A stretch of DNA of 28,562 nt from the IMG/VR virus record IMGVR_UViG_3300004240_000045, positions 1 through 28,562 of that record, one strand, 5' to 3'. The notes below the pieces were generated by a model. The model worked only from the letters and a program-made list of their open reading frames with translations. It did not search any database and was not told the origin of the DNA. Both the position numbers and the translations under genes were made by a program. Position 1 is the first letter of the stretch. Every line of letters starts with the position of its first letter. This document shows, one piece after another, positions 8,637 through 15,434 of the stretch. The DNA is from a virus. Taxonomy: Duplodnaviria; Caudoviricetes.

Positions 8637-11117
8637 TCATCTCCAGCGACCGCCATGACCAGCCCTGGCGCCAGCTCTCGGGAAGACCTGCCAGATCAAA
8701 TAACGCAAGGCATCCCCAGCGTGCGAATAATCGGTCGCGCCACCCTTACTCGGTTTCAGTGTCTTCGGATCATAAGACCAGCGCTCAGCAGAGCTAATAG
8801 TATTGTGACAAGTGGTTGGATTCAGTAGAATCAGTCCACGGTGCATGTGAACATTGGCGTGCGCAAGGGTTTCTGAGATCGGTGGATTGCGCCGTTCTGC
8901 AACAACTTGAACACCAGCAGACGCAAGGATTTCATGATCGCTTTGCGTGGATGAGGTGGAATCATGCTTGCCGCTTGCGTCTGGATAGCAGGTGATCAGC
9001 CTGTTGGCAAGATGATGTGGGTATTTTTCGCGAAGATGCGCAACGAGTGCAAACGTATCGGAAACCTTGGATTCAGCAAAGCCATGTAGCTGCTGGCCGG
9101 ATGGACCCGGCCTTACAACTCCGTAAACCGCATGGCATTGGCCAATGTTAAAGTCAGCGCCAAATACGATACGCTCATTGCGCTCAGGTAGGAAGATCCC
9201 AGTTGTGTGCAGACTTCTGTCAAATTCGTAGAAGACAGTAGCGGACTCAAGATTAACAAACTCACCGTTAAGGTAAGCTTTGATGAGCTGAGGATGGTAC
9301 TTGAGCTTAAGGTCTTCGACGAAGCCCGGATCAAGGTGAGGGTTGTCCTCTGATTTGCCGCGATACAACTTTTTGTTGTCGGCCTTTTGCTCCTCAAAGA
9401 AGGTGTACATCCAGCCATAGCCTTCCGGTGTTGATGCGGCTGCAATTTGTGGACAGTTACCAACACGAACGCGACCCTGCAGCTTGATCATCGCCTTTTC
9501 GGCGGTTTCAGGCCTGGTCGTATCAGTTTCGTCTGTTGCAATGCTTGCGGCGTTGACACCGATGAGACGTTCGTAGTTCTCCATCGAACGGAGAAGCACC
9601 GGAGTTTCGCCGCCTGGGAGCATTAACTTGAAGCTTGGCCTAGGAGATGCCTTGAAAGTGTGCGGAATTGCGTATCGCTCCAGCATCTCGTTCCACTTTG
9701 GCAGTGCAACGTCGTCGATTAGCGGAATGGTTGGCTCAAGAAAAAGGTGTGTAAAACCTTGGGAGCGGAAGCACAAAAGCAGTTGCTTTGCGACAAGGCT
9801 GTGGGTCTTGCCCGAGTTGTGATGAAGAATTCCGTGCGCTTCGTAATGATTCCATAACGGTACATGAATATCATAGAAGTCGTCAGTACGAACATACTCT
9901 ACGTTTTCCAGGCTTGCCCATGTATAGTGGGAATTCAATGAGCTTGATTGCCATGCCGGGGACAACCGTGACCGAAGCGGAGAGGAGCTGGATCGTCCAG
10001 ATGCACAAGGCTGGAGTTGATCCAAAGAAAATTGCTGCACAGGCTCAGCGAAATTACGGGACTGTGCTAAGGATCCTGAAGCAAAGCCGTATTGAAACAA
10101 CCAGGAGGGGTCCATGGGACCTTCTGACAGATGAGCAAAAGGATCAGTGCAAGAAGGATTATCAACGAGGTTATTGCACCTCGTACCTGAGCAAGGTTTA
10201 TGGGGTGACCCCACAGCGGCTGCTCCAAGAGTTTCAAAAGTCGAACTTACAGAGCCCAACGAATCGCGTAACGGGCATAGAGAAACTTTATGACTGCAAG
10301 GAAGCGGTAATTCACGATTACACAACAGATTCAATTGGAATGAGGGAGGTTGCTCGTCGGTTTGGCGTTCACGAAGGGACAGTCCGTGTATTTCTTGATC
10401 AAGAAGTTGGTCTGAAGAATCGGGGTGGTCAGCCGGGCGAAATGAACGGCATGAATAAAGGTCGGCAAATTGATCAAACTGATAGAGATCACGGAAAATA
10501 CTGGGCTCGCCGAACTGTTGAGATTGCGATTGGCAAAAAACTTCCCAAGGGCTGGGTAATTCATCATATGAACGAAAATCCGCGTGATCAAAGGCACTCA
10601 AATCTCTGGTTGTTTCCGAACTCGGAATCTCACGGGACGTATCACGCACGGCAATTAGATCGCCTGGCTGCAGGTGGCCTAATTCCCGCCAGCCAAACGG
10701 CGTCAGAAAACGATGGGCTTTGGTTGCCAGAACTTCTTGCCCTAATGAAGTCAGAACCCGATAAAGCGGAGCAACTCCTTTCTTGTACGCAGGCGTAGCA
10801 ACTGCTTCGCCGCAAAGCGTCTGAACTTTAATAGGCGTGCTGGTCAACTCCTTGATTGGCACGCCATTTATCAGTGTTTCACCAGCGACGCAGCCATACC
10901 CTCCACAGAAGCCGACGTACTTATTTTCAAAGTCCTGGACGAAGGCTCTCTGATATGGCAGCAGATCCTCAAGGATCTTGATCTCGGCTGCCTGTACGTC
11001 AAAGCCGGAGTTGGAGCGCTTCTTCAGCCTTGTTAGTATTCCGCTGTCATGCAAAAGGCCGAGAGAGCGGACTGATGCTCGGTCGGCGTAGTAGTTGCCC
11101 TTCGTTCTGGCTGGCAC
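8637..11117 (-). CDS. terL: Terminase large subunit precursor containing an intein (826 aa; 467 aa after splicing)
   Basis: LLPYQ adenine motif, Walker A GGYG|SGKT split by the intein, Walker B ATDETD, motif III ASTPEG, nuclease FGADFN, YPDASG and C-terminal HAGDALRY. Confidence 0.95.
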   Translation of the reverse strand: MPARTKGNYYADRASVRSLGLLHDSGILTRLKKRSNSGFDVQAAEIKILEDLLPYQRAFVQDFENKYVGFCGGYGCVAGETLINGVPIKELTSTPIKVQTLCGEAVATPAYKKGVAPLYRVLTSLGQEVLATKAHRFLTPFGWRELGHLQPGDLIAVRDTSREIPSSETTRDLSAFDHADFRSYDELPSPWEVFCQSQSQQFGEPSIFRDLYQFDQFADLYSCRSFRPADHPDSSDQLLDQEIHGLSLRERQTDEQPPSFQLNLLCNRELPLPCSHKVSLCPLRDSLGSVSSTFETLGAAAVGSPHKPCSGTRCNNLVDNPSCTDPFAHLSEGPMDPSWLFQYGFASGSLAQSRNFAEPVQQFSLDQLQPCASGRSSSSPLRSRLSPAWQSSSLNSHYTWASLENVEYVRTDDFYDIHVPLWNHYEAHGILHHNSGKTHSLVAKQLLLCFRSQGFTHLFLEPTIPLIDDVALPKWNEMLERYAIPHTFKASPRPSFKLMLPGGETPVLLRSMENYERLIGVNAASIATDETDTTRPETAEKAMIKLQGRVRVGNCPQIAAASTPEGYGWMYTFFEEQKADNKKLYRGKSEDNPHLDPGFVEDLKLKYHPQLIKAYLNGEFVNLESATVFYEFDRSLHTTGIFLPERNERIVFGADFNIGQCHAVYGVVRPGPSGQQLHGFAESKVSDTFALVAHLREKYPHHLANRLITCYPDASGKHDSTSSTQSDHEILASAGVQVVAERRNPPISETLAHANVHMHRGLILLNPTTCHNTISSAERWSYDPKTLKPSKGGATDYSHAGDALRYLIWQVFPRAGARAGHGGRWR
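9922..9928 (+). promoter_or_regulatory. Candidate -10 element (G-TATAGT) for the intein-nested HNH gene
   Basis: 24 nt before ATG 9953, the same spacing as TGG-TAGAAT to ATG 12686 of the second HNH gene; no clear -35. Confidence 0.4.
9953..10798 (+). CDS. HNH homing endonuclease with three N-terminal HTH modules, nested antisense inside the terminase intein
   Basis: 281 aa from ATG 9953 (alternative ATG 9938). HTH-like units: VTEAERSWIVQMHKAGVDPKKIAAQAQRNYGTVLRILKQ, LTDEQKDQCKKDYQRGYCTSYLSKVYGVTPQRLLQEF and VIHDYTTDSIGMREVARRFGVHEGTVRVFL. Linker GEMNGMNKG. HNH_3-type core VEIAIGKKLPKGWVIHHMNENPRDQRHSNLWLFPNSESHGTYH. Confidence 0.88.
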   Translation: MPGTTVTEAERSWIVQMHKAGVDPKKIAAQAQRNYGTVLRILKQSRIETTRRGPWDLLTDEQKDQCKKDYQRGYCTSYLSKVYGVTPQRLLQEFQKSNLQSPTNRVTGIEKLYDCKEAVIHDYTTDSIGMREVARRFGVHEGTVRVFLDQEVGLKNRGGQPGEMNGMNKGRQIDQTDRDHGKYWARRTVEIAIGKKLPKGWVIHHMNENPRDQRHSNLWLFPNSESHGTYHARQLDRLAAGGLIPASQTASENDGLWLPELLALMKSEPDKAEQLLSCTQA

Positions 11118-11270
11118 TTAGCGGGAGCTGGTATGTGATTGTAGTGAAGGGGTTTCGTAGGTAGCAATTTCCGCCTCCACCCTGGAGCGATACACCCGGC
11201 CGCTGACGCCGGTGGTGTCCGCCAGCTCGACGGCTATGAAGGCGAGGATCTGTTCGCGGCGGGTGGTCAT
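11118..11270 (-). pseudogene. Truncated 5' remnant of a foreign tail-terminator-like gene (50-codon ORF)
   Basis: Not in ORF track. MTTRREQILAFIAVELADTTGVSGRVYRSRVEAEIATYETPSLQSHTSSR; the first ~32 aa resemble the N-terminus of lambda gpU-like proteins. ATGA-coupled to the upstream gene; its TAA abuts the terL GTG. Confidence 0.55.
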
Positions 11271-12091
11271 GGGATCGCGGCGGCGATGGCGTTGATCAAG
11301 GTGGTGACGCGGGCGTCGAGGAGGGCGAGGTCCAGGGCTTCGCCGATGCTGTAGAAGGGCAAACGGGCATTGCTAAGGAAAGCGGGAGATCCGTTGTCGT
11401 TTTGCGCAAAAATAAAGTGGCTTCGTGTGCCCGGATTTACCGCCGCATCTGTTAAACCACTTGTAAAAGCGTTGTCAGATCTAACCACAAAGCTGGTGCT
11501 AGATGTGCGGCTGGTTCCATAAAGCCCGGCCGCTAGCGTGACATTTGATGCCGTGTCGCGACTTCTGTTTCGCAAGTCTCCTGCGCTTTCGAGAAAATCA
11601 TCAGCAGTTAGGTAGCCACTAAAAGCACCAACATACCTCCTCGCTGCTATACCAATACTTGCCAAGTATACCGAGAGGTGCATATTACTTGTTGGATCAG
11701 CGTTTGCAGCTCGATTACTGTTCAAGTATTTCGTGGTGCCATTCCCAATCAATCCCGTCTTCCTGTTGAAATCAGCACTCACAAAGTTGTTATTCGTCGG
11801 CGCTGCCCCCACCAGCGGCACCAGCGCCCCGATCAGTGTGCGAGCGCCGGCCAGGATGCAACTTGCCTTGATTGCGCTCCAGATGCCATCTTGCTTACAA
11901 CCGATGACGAAATTATTGATGGCGTAACGAGTGGCAGTTTCAAGCGTTTGACCATCAGCCGCCTCAACAGCGGTGATGTATGCAATGGCATCGGGGTCGA
12001 AGCTGAAAGTCTTGGCAAGCACCAACTTCGCCCCGGTTGGCTTGGCAAGCACCAACTTCGCCCCGGTTGGCTTGGCGATGGCCAGCGTCAT
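11267..12091 (-). CDS. Putative virion appendage / lectin-like protein
   Basis: 274 aa; DPDA.AYITAVEAADGQ.LE...GCK.DGIW.AIKASCILAGART and FYSIGE.LDLALLDARV motifs recalled from freshwater phage proteins; AT-richer middle. Confidence 0.6.
   Translation of the reverse strand: MTLAIAKPTGAKLVLAKPTGAKLVLAKTFSFDPDAIAYITAVEAADGQTLETATRYAINNFVIGCKQDGIWSAIKASCILAGARTLIGALVPLVGAAPTNNNFVSADFNRKTGLIGNGTTKYLNSNRAANADPTSNMHLSVYLASIGIAARRYVGAFSGYLTADDFLESAGDLRNRSRDTASNVTLAAGLYGTSRTSSTSFVVRSDNAFTSGLTDAAVNPGTRSHFIFAQNDNGSPAFLSNARLPFYSIGEALDLALLDARVTTLINAIAAAIP
12011..12076. repeat. Perfect 30-bp tandem duplication (2.2 copies)
   Basis: CTTGGCAAGCACCAACTTCGCCCCGGTTGG twice plus CTTGGC; encodes AKPTGAKLVL twice. 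Confidence 0.95.
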
Positions 12092-12225
12092 GCCGCACCT
12101 CCTGTAGAATCGTCCACTACAGGGACGACCGTATACGCCTCATTGATGTGCGGCGTACTCGGATCATCGCCGACGTACTGCCCCAGCGCATTGCGGGCTC
12201 TGATCAGCAACTCAAAGCCCGCCAT
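12088..12225 (-). CDS. Small protein with RAR..G...GDDPSTP..NEA motif
   Basis: Not in ORF track (45 aa): MAGFELLIRARNALGQYVGDDPSTPHINEAYTVVPVVDDSTGGAA; TGATG and ATGA coupling on its two sides. Confidence 0.7.
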   Translation of the reverse strand: MAGFELLIRARNALGQYVGDDPSTPHINEAYTVVPVVDDSTGGAA

Positions 12226-12629
12226 CACTCCCCCTCGGGCGCCTCCGGGCGGTCATAGGCCACGAGTTCAGCCACACGGGCCTCGTCGATCAGCTCAGCA
12301 GCCACAAGCTGCTCCAGGCCCTCCTGCAGGCGCAGATCATTCAGGGCCACGTTCGGGGTTGCCGTCAGCTCTGCCACCAGCGCCGCAATCTCCGGTGAGC
12401 CCTGCGCAGCGCCCACGATCGCCCCGTACTCGGCCGGTGTGAACCGCGCCATGAAGGCCGCAGAGGTAATTACCCCGATCTTGAACAGCTCGGCGTAGGA
12501 GTTGCCTTGCTGGGCCAAGAACTCACCGGCAATCGCCTGGGGCGTGGTGCCGTTGCGGTTGGCAGCCTCGACCCAGCCGTCGATGATGTGCGGGTCGGTG
12601 ATGGTGATGGTCAGGGATGGAAGGGGCAT
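12225..12629 (-). CDS. Putative fibre assembly/chaperone protein
   Basis: ATG 12629; IT.AAFMARFT.AEY.AI and GL..LVA..LI...R..EL motifs typical of proteins encoded after tail fibres. Confidence 0.55.
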   Translation of the reverse strand: MPLPSLTITITDPHIIDGWVEAANRNGTTPQAIAGEFLAQQGNSYAELFKIGVITSAAFMARFTPAEYGAIVGAAQGSPEIAALVAELTATPNVALNDLRLQEGLEQLVAAELIDEARVAELVAYDRPEAPEGE

Positions 12630-12652
12630 GGCGGTCAAGCTCCGGTGATAGT

Positions 12653-12661
12653 TGGTAGAAT
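12653..12661 (+). promoter_or_regulatory. Extended -10 promoter for the free-standing HNH gene
   Basis: TG-G-TAGAAT, 24 nt before ATG 12686. Confidence 0.55.
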
Positions 12662-12685
12662 ATGGCGGACCCGTAGAGAGTGGGC

Positions 12686-13408
12686 ATGGCCGAAATTGAA
12701 GAATGGCACGAGGTTCTAGGGTGGGAAGGCTTTTACGCCGTTAGCACTTTTGGCAGAGTCAAGCGCTTGGCTGGTAGTCCAAGGTGCAGAGAAGACCGTC
12801 TGCTTAAACCCAAGAAAAACACACGCGGCTATCTGACGGTCGCTCCTGTTCGCAGTGGCGTCAAGCAAACGAACGTTGTAATTCACCGATTGGTGCTTGA
12901 AGCTTTTGTTGGCCCACCTCCAAGCGACAAGCCGTACGCGAATCACATCAACGGTATCAAGACGGACAATCGACTTAAAAACCTGGAGTGGGTTACGCAA
13001 GCGTATAACGTTAAGCACGCGTACGACAGCGGTCTGCATGGCCGATATGCCGGATCGGCGGCCTCTGCTGCGTTGCTGACAGACACTCAAGTTCGGGAAG
13101 TGCTGAATATGTCGGCAAGTGGCATGAAGCACAAGCAAATCGCTCAGACCATGGGAATAGGCGCTCGCTCTGTGGCTGATATTGTCAACGGAAAGACTTA
13201 CCAAAACGTACCAAGGCCATCTGCTAGCAACTTTCTTTGCCGCAGTCGAAAGCTCAATCGTGAGCAGGTCCTTGAAATCAAGTCTTTGCTGGCCAAGGGC
13301 GAGCTTGTGAGCAGGGCTATCGGTGAACGTTTTGGTGTCACCACAGCGATGATTCAATTGATTAAGCACGGGAGGAGTTGGAGTCATGTCATCCCGCCGA
13401 AATCTTGA
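12686..13408 (+). CDS. Free-standing NUMOD4-HNH homing endonuclease (I-HmuI-like architecture) with two C-terminal HTH modules
   Basis: EEW..V.GWEGFYAVSTFGRVK (NUMOD4); HRLVLEAFVG....YANHINGIKTDNRLKNLEWVT..YNVKHA (HNH_3); LTDTQVREV... and KLNREQVLEIK...IGERFGVT..MI..IK.GRSW.HV (HTH). 3' end overlaps the fibre gene stop by 20 nt. Confidence 0.92.
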   Translation: MAEIEEWHEVLGWEGFYAVSTFGRVKRLAGSPRCREDRLLKPKKNTRGYLTVAPVRSGVKQTNVVIHRLVLEAFVGPPPSDKPYANHINGIKTDNRLKNLEWVTQAYNVKHAYDSGLHGRYAGSAASAALLTDTQVREVLNMSASGMKHKQIAQTMGIGARSVADIVNGKTYQNVPRPSASNFLCRSRKLNREQVLEIKSLLAKGELVSRAIGERFGVTTAMIQLIKHGRSWSHVIPPKS

Positions 13409-15011
13409 GAGTGCCGCCATCATTCCAAAGCTGCCCGGAGACACTGGGGTTTGATGTTGGCAATCCTGAGAACAGAATTGCTCCATCGGCCTTCACCGTG
13501 ATGCGCGTCGCGCCGTCTGTTTGCAATTCCATATCGCGAGCGGTTCCGCCACCAGCGCCTTTCTCAGTGCCAATGCGAAGCACATTGCTGCTCCACTCGA
13601 TCTTGGCACGCTCAAACGAGGTAGCCGAGGTAAATGTGTTGTAGACGCGCAGGGTTTGGGCGTTGGTGCCACGTCGCTGCGCAAAAGTATCAGCTGCATC
13701 GCGGCGAAGAACGGTATCAAACGTGCCTTGATTTGGGTTTGCATTGTTAAAGCCGAACGCACTATCAACATGTAATTGATAGGTATTGCTGCTCCATCCA
13801 GCGCCAATAGACGTGCCTGTATTGGTTACCGACAAACTGCCCGTACCCTTTGAGAACCCAGGCTGGCCGCTCCCAAAGTCAATAGCAGTAGCGTTGATGC
13901 GCAGATTCCCGCTTTGTGTTACTTCTCCTACTGAATCAATTTTGTATCGACTCGTACCATTAACCTGCAAGTCCAGCAGGTTCCCCGCAAACCCACTTGG
14001 CGCATTCACCCCCAGCCCCGTGCCGCTGGTGCTCCAGGCCGTGCTGGTAGCACCAGCCGGCTCGATCAGCACCTGAGGCTTGGTCGTCGTCGCCGTGCCG
14101 CCCGTGAACCACGTCCCGGTGGCGGTGATAGGCGGAAGGGATGCGGCGCCTGCGGTGCTGCTAATCAATCGTGCGCCGATTGTGATATTGCCGCTACTGT
14201 CAACAGTGGAATTCGCAACTCCGGCATAGGCCCCAGCATTGTTCCAGACGAGGTTGCCGCCGCTGCCGCCAACCAGACCGATCGTGCCGGTCGCATCAGG
14301 GAACGAAATCGTCCGGTTTGCAGTTGGCGTGACACACTGGAGCGTAGTGGTGTAGGTGCCGCCATCATCCAGGCTAATGTCACCCTTATTGGTAAGCTGC
14401 TTGGTGGTTTTGTCAAAGGTCAGGTCAGCGCTGCCGCCAAAGCCACCATCATCATTGAACTGGATCTGGGTATTGCTACCAGCAACAGGCTCCTTCTTTC
14501 CAACGGCAACAACAATCGTGCCAGTCGAAGCATGAACACGGCCAACATGGCCAACAATCTGCCGATAACCGGTGGTCGGCCGAACATTTGTCAGCCCACC
14601 AGCCGTGCTGACAAACAGCGCGTCGTTTGTCGCCCAGCCAGGGGTCGCAGTATCGTAGTTATAGATTTCACCAATGATGACGCCATTGCCTTCGCCATTG
14701 ACTGCAAGCGTCGATTCGACAAGGCCAATAGCAGGCCCAGTACCAGAGCCATCGGCATCCGCACGCTTGATCTCAACCCGATCACTGGAGCCTACGGTTC
14801 CAGAAATGTAGAAAGGTGTCCCCTTCTCAAGCGGTGCAACATCCAGGTTTTTGACGTGGATGTAGACATTGCCTGCAAGGCTGCCATGAATATGCGCGGC
14901 AGTCAGCAGTGTATTGACGGTCAGATTGTCAACCGTAAGCGGATCAGGAACTGCCGCACCAGCGCCGACAAAATCAAGATTGCCGGTAAATGGATTAAAG
15001 GCTACTGTCAT
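13389..15011 (-). CDS. Tail/virion fibre protein
   Basis: 540 aa, Gly/Thr/Ala/Ser-rich; FNPFTG.LD start, GSNTQIQFND, PTANRTISFPDATGT, L.RDAA.T.AQR.G and terminal LPTSNP.VSGQLWNDGGTLKIS fibre motifs. Confidence 0.75.
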   Translation of the reverse strand: MTVAFNPFTGNLDFVGAGAAVPDPLTVDNLTVNTLLTAAHIHGSLAGNVYIHVKNLDVAPLEKGTPFYISGTVGSSDRVEIKRADADGSGTGPAIGLVESTLAVNGEGNGVIIGEIYNYDTATPGWATNDALFVSTAGGLTNVRPTTGYRQIVGHVGRVHASTGTIVVAVGKKEPVAGSNTQIQFNDDGGFGGSADLTFDKTTKQLTNKGDISLDDGGTYTTTLQCVTPTANRTISFPDATGTIGLVGGSGGNLVWNNAGAYAGVANSTVDSSGNITIGARLISSTAGAASLPPITATGTWFTGGTATTTKPQVLIEPAGATSTAWSTSGTGLGVNAPSGFAGNLLDLQVNGTSRYKIDSVGEVTQSGNLRINATAIDFGSGQPGFSKGTGSLSVTNTGTSIGAGWSSNTYQLHVDSAFGFNNANPNQGTFDTVLRRDAADTFAQRRGTNAQTLRVYNTFTSATSFERAKIEWSSNVLRIGTEKGAGGGTARDMELQTDGATRITVKADGAILFSGLPTSNPSVSGQLWNDGGTLKISAG

Positions 15012-15013
15012 GA

Positions 15014-15358
15014 TCAGCTCTTAGTGACAGAAACCAGATTGCCACCGCTATAAGCAAGCGTCAGCGTGGCAACAGTGGTTCCGCCCGAGCCACCGGTCTT
15101 GTAGGTAACGCTGGTCAGGTCGCTGCCGGTATACCCAAGTGCAATGTAGTCGTGATCAGGGATCTCAAGACCAGTCAGCGTATTGATAACACCACTTACG
15201 GGAACTGGATTGCCGACATCATTCTTGATTTCAACGCCGCTTGCATTCAGCTCAAGACTTGCACCTTCAATATCAACTTTTACCGCACCGTCATCTGTGA
15301 CGGCAACGGGGATGTCTTTCCCGTCCTCCCGGCGGCCGATGAGAAAGGCACCAGACAT
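15014..15358 (-). CDS. Putative virion structural protein
   Basis: 114 aa; VEIKND.GNP.PV and IP.HDYI.L.Y....LT.V.YK.GG..GT.VATLTL.Y motifs. Confidence 0.6.
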   Translation of the reverse strand: MSGAFLIGRREDGKDIPVAVTDDGAVKVDIEGASLELNASGVEIKNDVGNPVPVSGVINTLTGLEIPDHDYIALGYTGSDLTSVTYKTGGSGGTTVATLTLAYSGGNLVSVTKS

Positions 15359-15434
15359 GGCGACCGAGAGGCACTGCTACCCCCATGGTAGTGAGGGCCT
15401 GGCCAGTGCTCGATAAGGCCTGGGGCTACCTGCC

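Larger units (their letters stand above)
9816..10892 (-). mobile_element. Intein (359 aa, precursor residues 76-434) in the terminase Walker A loop
   Basis: Starts with Cys (CVAGETLI, block A); block B ATKAHRFLT..GW; ..L.PGDLI; block F FYDIHVP..NHY; ends LHHN before Ser+1. Removing it restores GGYGSGKT. Confidence 0.95.

Noticed and set aside
9788-9937. Longer 336-aa start for the nested HNH ORF given in the track
   Set aside because: The first ~50 codons are the antisense of intein blocks F/G and the extein. The HTH-like sequence and candidate -10 point to ATG 9953 (or 9938).
9816-10892. Group I intron or split intein as an explanation of the terL insertion
   Set aside because: The frame is continuous with no stop or restart, and the boundaries are exact protein-splicing junctions (Cys1, His-Asn, Ser+1). 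I recognised no intron core elements.
12716-13486. 256-aa minus-strand ORF opposite the second HNH gene, superficially like the intein case
   Set aside because: It is in the codon-aligned antisense frame, which stays open whenever TTA/CTA/TCA codons are rare. It has no Hint or other motifs and is out of frame with the fibre gene, which ends naturally at LKISAG*.
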